64,000 nucleotides of DNA from the NCBI GenBank assembly GCA_028712155.1, contig JAQTQO010000001.1, positions 1,501 through 65,500 on the forward strand, written 5' to 3'. The notes beneath the pieces are model-generated. The model worked only from the letters and a program-made list of their open reading frames with translations, was not told the origin of the DNA and did not search any database. The position numbers and the translations under genes are program-made. Below, one piece after another: positions 30,224-39,506 of the stretch. The stretch is from Patescibacteria group bacterium. Its GTDB lineage: Bacteria; Patescibacteriota; Patescibacteriia; Buchananbacterales; GWA2-38-13. How positions within the stretch are numbered: position 1 is the first letter of the stretch; the number at the start of each line of letters is the position of its first letter.

Positions 30224-30988
30224 CTACCTTCCGGGAACGAGAGCAGTGACGTGTTTCTCCTCAAGGGCACGCGCGGTCATCAGCTCGCAGCGCCAACCGA
30301 GCGTCAGGGCGCCGAAGTAGGCGAACTGCAGCTCTTCGAGAATGCAGTAGCTGACGAGAGACACCCGGAGCGGACAGTTACCGGCCTCCTTCATCTGCGT
30401 GAAGCGCTCGCTGATCGCCAGCAGCGTTCTCCTCAACGCCCGAAGCCGTACTAACAGGTGCGGACAGTATTGCGGAAGATCGGTACCGCGCACGAACGCC
30501 TTGGCCGCGTTGTTGAAGCGCCCGCGGAAGGCCTCCGGCGGATGACCGCGGTGCAGCAGGGCGAAGTTGAGGACTGCCGCCTCCAACAGGGAGAGAACCA
30601 CCTGGTCGAACTCCTCGTTCGGTTGGTGCAGGCCACGCTTCTCCAGGTGGCACACCAGTTCGAGTGCACCCAGTACGCACCCGAGCGTAAACGCCGTCGA
30701 ACAGTTCTTCTCGGCTTCGAAGTCATTGAGAGGAATTGCAGCGAACGGTACGCTGAGAATCTGCAGCCATTGCTGCGCGTAATCCGGACGAGACGCGCCG
30801 GTCGCCACGACGATCTTGGCAACCGTCTCCCATTCGTTGCCGGAGCAACACATGGGAAGGATCGCCTCCAGACAACGCGTGGCGTCGTCTTCTCCGATGA
30901 GCACGGCCGCCGGCTCAAGCAGGGCGGCATCCGGCTTGCTGCCAAACAGCACGGTGCTGATGGCGGTAAAACGTTCCGTTCTGTTCAC
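30224..30988 (-). CDS. Orphan hypothetical protein (helical, Cys/Leu-rich)
   Basis: GTG start at 30988 preceded by AAGGAG; own promoter and terminator; no family recognised. Confidence 0.65.
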   Translation of the reverse strand: MNRTERFTAISTVLFGSKPDAALLEPAAVLIGEDDATRCLEAILPMCCSGNEWETVAKIVVATGASRPDYAQQWLQILSVPFAAIPLNDFEAEKNCSTAFTLGCVLGALELVCHLEKRGLHQPNEEFDQVVLSLLEAAVLNFALLHRGHPPEAFRGRFNNAAKAFVRGTDLPQYCPHLLVRLRALRRTLLAISERFTQMKEAGNCPLRVSLVSYCILEELQFAYFGALTLGWRCELMTARALEEKHVTALVPGR

Positions 30989-31062
30989 GGGCGATCTCCT
31001 TTCAGAGATTCGGGCCTCGATAAAAGAACCATTGGCGCTTTCACGCCAATACAACCGGGGTG

Positions 31063-31091
31063 ATGGTACGACTAAAATGCATCATTGTCAA
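31063..31091 (-). promoter_or_regulatory. sigma70 promoter of the orphan gene
   Basis: Minus strand TTGACA-17 nt-TACCAT. Confidence 0.65.
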
Positions 31092-31211
31092 GCATTGCTC
31101 ACCCAGTTTTTGAACATCTGGTAGAACAAAAAAATAGGTGGATATACTGTGATTCTCCATTCTTGCCGGAATGTATCCTTCCTGTTACAATACCACCGCT
31201 CACTCACGGAT

Positions 31212-32594
31212 ATGGCCACAGGAGAAACCCTGCAGGGGCGCGTGCCGCCGCAGAATCTTGAAGCCGAAGCATCATTGCTCGGCGCGCTTTTGATTGACCG
31301 CGACGCCATCATCAAGGTTTCCGATATCGTGCGGCCGGACGATTTCTATAAAGAGGCGCACGGCATCATTTTTTCGACGATGATCGAACTGTTCGAACAC
31401 CACGAACCGATCGATCTTTTGAACCTCGCGAACCGTCTGGAAGAAACCAAACGGCTCGAAGCGGTCGGTGGCCGGACGTACCTGACCAGCCTTGCCAATC
31501 TCGTGCCGACCTCCAGCCACGTGCGGTCGTACGCGACCATTGTCCAGCGCAAAGCGACGCTGCGGCGGCTGTTGAACGCCGCCGGTGAAATCGGCGAACT
31601 GGCGACACAGGAAACCGAGGACGTGACCACGCTCCTGGATTCGGCCGAACGCGCACTGTTTGGCATTTCGCACCGCTATTTGAAGCGGGCGTTCGTTCCC
31701 ATCCGCGAGGTGTTGACGGAGGCGTTCGACCGCATTGACGAGCTGCACCGCGAAAGCGGCAAGCTCCGCGGCGTTCCGACGGGATACCGCGACATCGACA
31801 ATAAACTGGCCGGCCTGCAGAATTCCGATCTCATTATTTTAGCGGCGCGGCCGTCCATGGGAAAAACCACGCTGGCGCTGGACATCGCCCGCCAGGTGGC
31901 GGTGAAAACCAAAACGCCTGTCGGCATTTTCTCACTGGAAATGTCCAAGGAGCAGGTCGTGGACCGGTTGCTGTGCGCGGAGGCCGGCGTAAACCTGTGG
32001 AAGATGCGCACCGGCATGCTGTCCGACCAGGGCGAGAACGACGATTTCACGCGCATCGGCCATGCCATGGGCGTGCTGTCCGAAGCGCCGATGTTCATTG
32101 ACGATTCGGCAACCGCCAACGTGATGGAAATCCGCACCAAGGCGCGGCGGCTGCAGACCGAGCACGGACTGGGACTGATGGTGATCGATTACCTCCAGCT
32201 GATGGAAGGCCGCGGCGCGGAGAACCGCGTGCAGGAAGTCTCCGATATTTCCCGCAACCTCAAGGCGATCGCCCGGGAGCTCAACATTCCTGTCATCGCC
32301 ATTTCGCAGCTGTCGCGCGGCGTCGAGTCGCGGGAAACGCACGTGCCGCGCCTCGCCGACCTGCGGGAATCCGGTTCCATCGAGCAGGATGCCGACGTGG
32401 TGATGTTCATCTATCGCGAAGCCATGTACTCACGCGACCTGCCGCCGGACCGCCAGCACCTTGCCGAGGTCATCATCGCCAAACACCGCAACGGCCCGAC
32501 CGGAAAGATCCCGCTGTTTTTCGACGAACACCGCGTGACGTTCAAGACGGTGGAAAAGCAGATTGCTGATGATGCGAGCAGCATGATCGAGTGA
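31212..32594 (+). CDS. dnaB: Replicative DNA helicase
   Basis: PPQNLEAEASLLG, AARPSMGKT, IDYLQLM, LRESGSIEQDAD, KHRNGPTG; no intein. Confidence 0.97.
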   Translation: MATGETLQGRVPPQNLEAEASLLGALLIDRDAIIKVSDIVRPDDFYKEAHGIIFSTMIELFEHHEPIDLLNLANRLEETKRLEAVGGRTYLTSLANLVPTSSHVRSYATIVQRKATLRRLLNAAGEIGELATQETEDVTTLLDSAERALFGISHRYLKRAFVPIREVLTEAFDRIDELHRESGKLRGVPTGYRDIDNKLAGLQNSDLIILAARPSMGKTTLALDIARQVAVKTKTPVGIFSLEMSKEQVVDRLLCAEAGVNLWKMRTGMLSDQGENDDFTRIGHAMGVLSEAPMFIDDSATANVMEIRTKARRLQTEHGLGLMVIDYLQLMEGRGAENRVQEVSDISRNLKAIARELNIPVIAISQLSRGVESRETHVPRLADLRESGSIEQDADVVMFIYREAMYSRDLPPDRQHLAEVIIAKHRNGPTGKIPLFFDEHRVTFKTVEKQIADDASSMIE

Positions 32595-32642
32595 TTCATT
32601 GCAGGACAACCATATTAATTATCGCGAACATACGACAAGCCT

Positions 32643-32936
32643 ATGAGCATGTTCAGTAAACTCAAGCAGTTCAAGGAACTGCGGAGCGCCGCAAAGTCAT
32701 TACAGCAGGAATTAGCCCAGGAGCAGGTGATCACGGAACGCAACGGCATCACCTTGACGTTCGACGGCAACCTCGACGTCAAAAGCTTGGTGCTGCCGCC
32801 GGGTATGAGTACCGACGAGCTGCAGCGCCGGCTGCCGGAAGTTATCAATCAGGCGATCGACAAGACTCAGCGGATGGCAGCCGAAAAAATCCGCAAGCGC
32901 GGCGGCCTTGAAGGGCTGGGCTTGGGCGGGAATTAG
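32643..32936 (+). CDS. YbaB/EbfC nucleoid-associated protein
   Basis: AKSLQQEL..GITLTFDG; located directly before recR. Confidence 0.8.
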   Translation: MSMFSKLKQFKELRSAAKSLQQELAQEQVITERNGITLTFDGNLDVKSLVLPPGMSTDELQRRLPEVINQAIDKTQRMAAEKIRKRGGLEGLGLGGN

Positions 32937-32989
32937 TCACCGGCGGTTAGCAAACAAGTAGGGTGCTTGATTTGCGATTCATTTATTTT

Positions 32990-33601
32990 GTGCCGCATTA
33001 CCCGCGCTCAATTTTAGAGCTCATCGCGCAATTTACGCGGTTGCCCGGCATCGGGCCCAAGACCGCCGAGCGGTTGGCGTTGTATCTGGCCAGCCGTCCG
33101 CCGGCTGATGCCGATGCGTTGGCGCGGGCGGCGGCGGCGCTGCACGCGGAACTGGTCAAATGTAAAATCTGCGGCGATTACGCCGAAACCGATCCCTGCG
33201 GAATTTGCCGCGACCAGTCGCGCGACCCGGCGATTTTATGCGTCGTGGCAAAGCCCCAGGACCTGCTCGCGCTGGAGCGCACCGGAGAATTCCGCGGACG
33301 CTACCACGTGCTCGGCGGTACGGCCAACCCTCTCGAGGGGGTGACCCTGGAACATCTCAATGTGTCGGCCTTGCGCGACCGCATCAAACGCGACTCCGTG
33401 CGGGAGGTGATTTTGGCGTTTAACCCCGATGTCGCCGGCGAGCATACGGCGCTGGCGGTGCGCAATGTCCTCTCGGCGCTCGCGGTGTCGCCGCCGTTGA
33501 AAATCACCAAGCTCGCGCGCGGTCTGCCGCTGGGTTCCGATGTCGAGTATGCCGACGAGGTGACCTTGGGGCATGCGCTGCGCGGCCGCCGCCCGGTGTA
33601 G
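32990..33601 (+). CDS. recR: Recombination mediator RecR
   Basis: LPGIGPKTAERLA, C4 zinc finger, YHVLGG, ARGLPLGSDVEYAD. Confidence 0.96.
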   Translation: MPHYPRSILELIAQFTRLPGIGPKTAERLALYLASRPPADADALARAAAALHAELVKCKICGDYAETDPCGICRDQSRDPAILCVVAKPQDLLALERTGEFRGRYHVLGGTANPLEGVTLEHLNVSALRDRIKRDSVREVILAFNPDVAGEHTALAVRNVLSALAVSPPLKITKLARGLPLGSDVEYADEVTLGHALRGRRPV

Positions 33602-33607
33602 ATCGGT

Positions 33608-35326
33608 ATGGAACACGCTGCCTCCCGCCCGCCGTGGTACCGGCAAAACGGAAATCTCCGTTGGTGGCTGGTGGCGCTGGTCATCGTGATCACGGCCGCC
33701 GGCGTGCGTCTGGTAAAACTCAACGACGACGAGGTGCGCACCGATGAGGGAAACTATGCCGTGCGCGCGATCGGGTGGAACGATTTCATGTTCTCCACGA
33801 CACTGGGGTCGGGTTGGGTCTGGCATCAGCAGGATGAGGTATTGCCGGCCTGGACACAGCTGAGTTTCAACGATCATCCGCCGCTCCACTTCGCGGCCAT
33901 CTGGTTGTCCACGCATTTGTTCGGCATCAATCTGTTTGCCGTCCGTTTGCCGTCGGCGCTCTACGGAGTCGGTGCCGTGCTTTTAGTCATGCTGATATTG
34001 CGGCGCTGGCGGCAACCGCAAGGAGCGCTGGTCGCCGGTGCAATCCTGGCGTTGCTGCCCTGGCACATTTTTATTTCCCGCCAGGCGATCCAGGAGTCCG
34101 GGGTTATTTTTTGGATTCTGGCGGCGTTGCTGGCTGCCGTCTACGTGGGAAATGACGCCCTGCCGAGGCGCCCACGCGCATTGGGGTGGGCAATGCTGGG
34201 CGCAACGCTGGGTTTGGGCCTGCTCACCAAGTACTCCGCAGCTATTGTGCTGGCGCCGCTCACGGTCATGGCAGTGCAGGGGCGCTGGTGGCGGCATCCC
34301 GAATTTTGGCTGGCGCCGCTAACGGTTTTGATTCTATTGAGTCCGGTGGTGTATTACAATCGGCGGGTGTATATCGAGCGCGGGCATTTCGACTTACAGC
34401 TGAGCCGTTTGCTCAAACAAGATACCCGCGGTGACTGGCCGGCAAGCAACCAGGGCATCTGGCAGGGCGATTGGCGCCAGGCGGGTAATTTTTTGCAGCA
34501 GCAGCTGGTCGGTTTGTCGTGGCCGGCCGCCGTACTGTTGCTGTGGGGAATCATTGCGCCGCGGCGCCGCCAGAACCTGCCGTCCGGGGCCGTGGCGGCC
34601 AGCTACGGCGCCGCTGCGATCGGGGCGATCCTTGCGCTCATTACGTTGAATGACTACGGGCGCGGTTCAATTCTCTTGCCTTTTTACGCCCTCGCAATAG
34701 GAATTTCTGCCCAAACGCTTCGCCCGTTCCTTTTGCGGACTGTTGCCGCAGTCACCGTCGGGGTGCTGGTTTTGGCGGCGTTCCCGACGTTTGCCAGTGA
34801 TACCGCGGTGCAATATCTGGTGAAAACTTTCCCTGCCAGTCCGGTCGGTTTTGCCAATTGGGAAGCGTGGCGGGCACAGAATATCCCGACGTCATTTGCC
34901 CCGGTACATTACGCCTCGTTGAAAAGTTGGTTGTACGGTCAGATTGAACGGACGGGAAACGGTGAGGCGCTGGTTGTCTATGATGATCGGATCGCATGGT
35001 TTCCGGCCAACTGGTATTTTTTTCGCTACGGTTTTTACAGCCAGAAAACCGTTTTCATGAACTCCGGCATTTTTTCATTCTTGTCAACGCAGCATGTGCT
35101 TGATCATCTGCGCGGCCGAAACATCCGGTTCATTGAAGTTGGCCAGGCGGCGGCCGACAGTAAAAATGTTTTGAACGAGCAAACCGCATTGACCGATAAA
35201 TTTTTCCGTACGCTCCGTACCAGCCAGCGGGTTAACCCCGTTATGGTCACCGGAGAAAACGGAGCAGAGATGCTGCGCGTGTGGGACGTCTACTGGGATC
35301 CGGCGGTTGCCTTTCCGGGCGGGTAG
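33608..35326 (+). CDS. GT-C fold glycosyltransferase (ArnT/PMT family)
   Basis: DE motif after first TM, DHPPL, AVRLPSAL, GLGLLTKY; many TMs. Confidence 0.85.
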   Translation: MEHAASRPPWYRQNGNLRWWLVALVIVITAAGVRLVKLNDDEVRTDEGNYAVRAIGWNDFMFSTTLGSGWVWHQQDEVLPAWTQLSFNDHPPLHFAAIWLSTHLFGINLFAVRLPSALYGVGAVLLVMLILRRWRQPQGALVAGAILALLPWHIFISRQAIQESGVIFWILAALLAAVYVGNDALPRRPRALGWAMLGATLGLGLLTKYSAAIVLAPLTVMAVQGRWWRHPEFWLAPLTVLILLSPVVYYNRRVYIERGHFDLQLSRLLKQDTRGDWPASNQGIWQGDWRQAGNFLQQQLVGLSWPAAVLLLWGIIAPRRRQNLPSGAVAASYGAAAIGAILALITLNDYGRGSILLPFYALAIGISAQTLRPFLLRTVAAVTVGVLVLAAFPTFASDTAVQYLVKTFPASPVGFANWEAWRAQNIPTSFAPVHYASLKSWLYGQIERTGNGEALVVYDDRIAWFPANWYFFRYGFYSQKTVFMNSGIFSFLSTQHVLDHLRGRNIRFIEVGQAAADSKNVLNEQTALTDKFFRTLRTSQRVNPVMVTGENGAEMLRVWDVYWDPAVAFPGG

Positions 35327-35428
35327 CGGGGGAGACTTGCAAAAATTTTTACGGCTTGCTACGCTTGACTGCACATAGTCCGACGGTCCTCGGAGAGGGG
35401 AGTGCACCGTGCAACATCGGGAAATAGC

Positions 35429-37096
35429 ATGACCACGCACACGAAAGTTCGCCTTGGAGTACTGGGGATTTTCATCGTAACTGCGGTTGCGGTGCTTTTT
35501 GATTTCCCGCGTTTAGGCACCGGTTTAACGTTGCCGCAGTGGTTTTTGAAACCTTTTCGTCTCGGTCTTGATCTGCGCGGCGGAGTGCAACTGGTCTACA
35601 GCGCCGACGTCAGCGCGATTCCGCCGGGTGAGGAGTCTAGCGCCCTGGATGGCGTGCGGGACGTGATTGAGCGCCGCGTGAATATCTTTGGCGTATCCGA
35701 GCCACTGGTGCAGACTTCGCGCAGCAGTTCGGACTGGCGCGTGATCGTTGAGCTGCCGGGGGTGACCGATGTTAAGGCGGCCGTGGACCTCATCAATGAA
35801 ACCCCGCGACTCGAGTTCAAGGAAGTTGATACCAATCCCACAACGACCCCGACGCTGTCGGAAGCGGAAATCAAGGCAAAAGCTGAGACCGTACTCAAAG
35901 ACGCCCTGAAACCGAAAGCGGATTTTGCCGCATTGGCAAAGGAGTATTCCGACGACGCCGGTAGCAAGGACCAGGGCGGTGATTTGGGTTGGAAGAAAGC
36001 CAGCGATTTGGTGCCGGAATTTTCGGCTGCGTGTTTCAAGGACGGAAAAGTCGGCGCTGTGTATCCCAAGCTGGTAAAAAGCGAATTCGGATATCACATT
36101 ATCAAAGTGGTGGAACGGCGGGGTACGGGCGACAGCCTTGAGGCGCATTGTCAGCATATCCTCCTGTCCACCGTGCCGCCCCCCGCACCGACGGGCATTG
36201 TCTGGAAGAACACAGGACTGAGCGGGTCGCAGCTCAAGCGGGCAACGGTATCGTTCGATCCGCAAACGGGCGAACCGCAGGTGAGCTTGGTGTTCAATAC
36301 GGAAGGCGGTAAACTGTTCGGCGATATAACGCGCCGCAATGTCGGCAAGCAGGTGGCCATTTTCCTCGACGGAGCGATCATCTCCAGCCCGGTCGTGCGC
36401 GAAGCGATTACCAGCGGCAGCGCGGTCATCAGCGGCAATTTTTCCATCGCCGAAGCCAAGCAACTCAAAGAGCGGCTCAACGCGGGAGCGCTGCCGGTGC
36501 CCATCACCATCATTTCGCAGCAAACCGTGGGTGCGACGCTCGGACAAGCAGCGGTCATCAAGAGTTTCCAGGCGTCCATCTTCGCGGCCATCCTCGTCGG
36601 GCTGTTCATGATTTTGATCTACCGTTGGCCCGGTCTGATCGCGACTCTCAGCCTGGCGGTCTACGGGCTGGTGATTTTGGCGCTGTTCAAGCTCATTCCC
36701 GTCACGCTGACGCTCGCCGGTATCTCCGGTTTCATCCTCGGTATGGGTATGGCGGTGGACGCCAACGTGCTGATCTATGAGCGCCTCAAGGAGGAGCTGC
36801 GCGGCGGCGGGACGTTGTCGCACGCGATAACGCTCAGCTACCGACGGGCCTGGCCGTCGATTCGCGACGGTAATCTGACGACGCTGCTCACGAGCGTCAT
36901 CCTGATGTGGTTTTCCACCAGCGTCATCAAAGGCTTTGCCATCACCCTGGCGATCGGCTTGCTGGTCAACTTCTTTTCCGCTATGGTGGTTTCCCATCTC
37001 CTGATGGCAATGCTGCAGCCGCGCCGGCACCCGGAACGATGGCTGTGGTGGTACTGCGTCTCACCCCGAGAAATTCGGACGGTAAAAGGCAAGTAA
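35429..37096 (+). CDS. secD: Protein translocase subunit SecD with an inserted parvulin PPIase domain
   Basis: LGLDLRGG, IERRVN..GVSEP, GALPVP, GMAVDANVLIYER; insert FAALAKEYSDD..GGDLGW..KSEFGYHII. Confidence 0.95.
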   Translation: MTTHTKVRLGVLGIFIVTAVAVLFDFPRLGTGLTLPQWFLKPFRLGLDLRGGVQLVYSADVSAIPPGEESSALDGVRDVIERRVNIFGVSEPLVQTSRSSSDWRVIVELPGVTDVKAAVDLINETPRLEFKEVDTNPTTTPTLSEAEIKAKAETVLKDALKPKADFAALAKEYSDDAGSKDQGGDLGWKKASDLVPEFSAACFKDGKVGAVYPKLVKSEFGYHIIKVVERRGTGDSLEAHCQHILLSTVPPPAPTGIVWKNTGLSGSQLKRATVSFDPQTGEPQVSLVFNTEGGKLFGDITRRNVGKQVAIFLDGAIISSPVVREAITSGSAVISGNFSIAEAKQLKERLNAGALPVPITIISQQTVGATLGQAAVIKSFQASIFAAILVGLFMILIYRWPGLIATLSLAVYGLVILALFKLIPVTLTLAGISGFILGMGMAVDANVLIYERLKEELRGGGTLSHAITLSYRRAWPSIRDGNLTTLLTSVILMWFSTSVIKGFAITLAIGLLVNFFSAMVVSHLLMAMLQPRRHPERWLWWYCVSPREIRTVKGK

Positions 37097-37115
37097 CGCA
37101 TATTCTCTGGCACGT

Positions 37116-38018
37116 ATGTTCACGGTTATTCCGCATCGCAAGTGGTGGTACATATTCTCAACGCTTTTGGCGGTGGGGAGCATTATCGTGCTATTCACCT
37201 GGGGGCTGAAGCCGGGAATTGATTTTACCGGCGGGAGTTTACTCGAACTCGATTATCCGACCAGCACCCCGTCGCTGATCGATATCCGCAACACCGTGCA
37301 GCAGTCGACCGGGCAGACCGTCTCCACGGTCCAGTCGGTCGGCGAACGCGGGGTGGTCGTCCGTTTTCCCCACATCACAGAAGCGGCGCACCAGAAATTA
37401 CTGACGGATCTCAAGCAGATCGGGCCGGATGTCATCGAGCAGCGGTTTGATGCCATTGGTCCGACCATCGGAGCGGAACTGAAGCAAAAAACCGCGTGGG
37501 CGGTCGGATTGGCGGTGCTGGGGATGATCATCTACATCACGATCGCATTCTACAAGGTTACCCGGCCCGTGCCGTCGTGGCAGTACGGCAGCATCGCGAT
37601 CTTCTCACTGCTGCATGATCTGTTGATTACCGCCGGAGCATTCGCCGTCATCAGCCGTTTCTACGGCATGGAGGTGAACGCCTCTTTTGTCGCGGCCATG
37701 CTGACGGTGTTCGGGTATTCGGTGAACGATACCATCATTATTTTTGACCGGATCCGCGACAACCTGCAGCATCACCCGAACCCAAACTTTGCCGAACTGG
37801 TGGACACCAGTATCCGGCAGACGCTGTACCGCTCCACCAATACCGTTCTCACGGTGCTTTTGGCGCTCTTTGCCGTGCTGCTGTTCGGCGGGGAATCCAT
37901 CCGTGATTTCGCCGTCACGCTCATCGTCGGCATTACGCTGGGAACCTACTCGTCAATTTTTCTCGCCAGTCCGCTGCTGGTGGAAGCGCAGCGCATCCGG
38001 TTCGGCAAAAAGCGGTAG
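37116..38018 (+). CDS. secF: Protein translocase subunit SecF
   Basis: GIDFTGG, IGPTIG, LLHD, GYSVNDTIIIFDRIR, GTYSSIF. Confidence 0.96.
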   Translation: MFTVIPHRKWWYIFSTLLAVGSIIVLFTWGLKPGIDFTGGSLLELDYPTSTPSLIDIRNTVQQSTGQTVSTVQSVGERGVVVRFPHITEAAHQKLLTDLKQIGPDVIEQRFDAIGPTIGAELKQKTAWAVGLAVLGMIIYITIAFYKVTRPVPSWQYGSIAIFSLLHDLLITAGAFAVISRFYGMEVNASFVAAMLTVFGYSVNDTIIIFDRIRDNLQHHPNPNFAELVDTSIRQTLYRSTNTVLTVLLALFAVLLFGGESIRDFAVTLIVGITLGTYSSIFLASPLLVEAQRIRFGKKR

Positions 38019-38036
38019 ACAACCGATGCGCCGGGC

Positions 38037-38066
38037 AAAAAATTCCGGTCCGCCGGAATTTTTTTT
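38037..38066. terminator. Intrinsic terminator after secF
   Basis: AAAAAATTCCGG-TCCG-CCGGAATTTTTTTT. Confidence 0.8.
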
Positions 38067-38250
38067 ATTGCGCGCAAATTCCTTGACCCGAAATTGATTT
38101 TATAGTGTGACTGAAAATTTTTTAGCATGCAGAAAATTTTGAGCAAGGGAATGAAAAACCGTGTCGGAGTTGACTATTCTTTGACTTTATGCTATATTTT
38201 CATTATTGGGATAAATGATATTGTTTTTTGGCTAAGATAAGTGGAATAAT

Positions 38251-39450
38251 ATGGCTCAACCAAAGTCAATTTTGGACAAAATCATCCAAAGTAAAAATAT
38301 TGAGGAAGCCAGTCAGTTCAACCCAACGGAAATCATTTCCGATCTGGTGAAAGAGCTGAATGCAAAGGAGCGCGAAGTACTGTCGCGCCGTTTTGGGCTG
38401 AATGGAGAGCCATTGCAGACGCTGGAGGAAATCGGCAAGAATTTTGAAATCACTCGCGAGCGCATCCGGCAAATTCAGGGTGCCGCGGTGCGTAAGGTTC
38501 GCGTGGCGGCCGAAGCGAAGCAGAGGCTGGCGGTGCTTGAGCACACGGTCACGCGACTTTTGCACGAACACGGCGGAATTGCCGAAGCGGAAACGTTTTA
38601 CCGGAATTTACTTTCCCATCTCGACGAATCCGCAACGCATCGTCAGGCGGCCATTTTCATCATCACCGAGCTTTTGCCGACGCATGTTGAACGGGTCCGG
38701 CAGAATGATCAATTCTATCACGGTTGGAAGCACCGGGTGCTGGATTTGGCGTTTGTTCAGCAAACGATTGACACGTTGCGCGGACTCATTGAGGGTCAGC
38801 AACGGTCGCTGAAATTTGACGACCTGATCACCTCGTTTAAGGGCCATGATTTCTACCTTGCCAACCGCGAACGTTTTGTTCCGGCCGGCATCACGATGGT
38901 GGAAAATGACGAGGAGGCGATCAACCGGGTATTGCTTTCGTATCTGACGATCAGCCGGCAGATCGAGCAGAATATCCTGGGTGAATGGGGGCTGAGTGAA
39001 TGGCCGACGATTCGTCCCCGCCGCATGGGCGACAAGATTTACCTCGTACTCAAACAGGGCGGTAAACCCCTGCATTTTACGGAAATCACCGAAGAAATTA
39101 ACCGGGCGAGCTTTGATCACAAGGTGGCGTACCCTGCGACGATCCACAATGAGCTCATTTTGGATGAGCGGTACGTCTTGGTCGGGCGTGGCATTTACGC
39201 TCTCCGCGAATGGGGCTACGAGCCAGGAACGGTTGGAGATGTTATTATGAAAGTGCTCACCGAGGCCGGTAAGCCGTTGACGCGCGACGAGATCGTCAAC
39301 GAAGTCAGCCGGCGCCGGTTTGTCCGGAAAAGTACGATTTACCTGGCGCTGACCAATCGCGAACATTTTGCGAAAATCGGCGACCGTTATCAGCTCAAGC
39401 CCGAAAATCAAGCGGTCGGCGTGCGCGCCGGTGCGAAAAAAACAAACTAA
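38251..39450 (+). CDS. Sigma70 region-4 domain fused to HARE-HTH/winged-helix domains
   Basis: EREVLSRRFGL..TLEEIGKNFEITRERIRQI; C-terminal KPLHFTEI..TIHNELI..VLVGRGIYALREWG and a second wHTH; no sigma region 2. Confidence 0.85.
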   Translation: MAQPKSILDKIIQSKNIEEASQFNPTEIISDLVKELNAKEREVLSRRFGLNGEPLQTLEEIGKNFEITRERIRQIQGAAVRKVRVAAEAKQRLAVLEHTVTRLLHEHGGIAEAETFYRNLLSHLDESATHRQAAIFIITELLPTHVERVRQNDQFYHGWKHRVLDLAFVQQTIDTLRGLIEGQQRSLKFDDLITSFKGHDFYLANRERFVPAGITMVENDEEAINRVLLSYLTISRQIEQNILGEWGLSEWPTIRPRRMGDKIYLVLKQGGKPLHFTEITEEINRASFDHKVAYPATIHNELILDERYVLVGRGIYALREWGYEPGTVGDVIMKVLTEAGKPLTRDEIVNEVSRRRFVRKSTIYLALTNREHFAKIGDRYQLKPENQAVGVRAGAKKTN

Positions 39451-39506
39451 ATACTTCCCAATCCGTCCGGTTTTTGGCGTGCGGGCGCGGTGCGGGGAGT
39501 GGCGTT

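Noticed and set aside
35525-37030. Long antisense ORFs (501 aa opposite secD; similar ones opposite clpB, alaS, ugd)
   Set aside because: Expected shadow frames of GC-rich coding sequence; no protein motifs.
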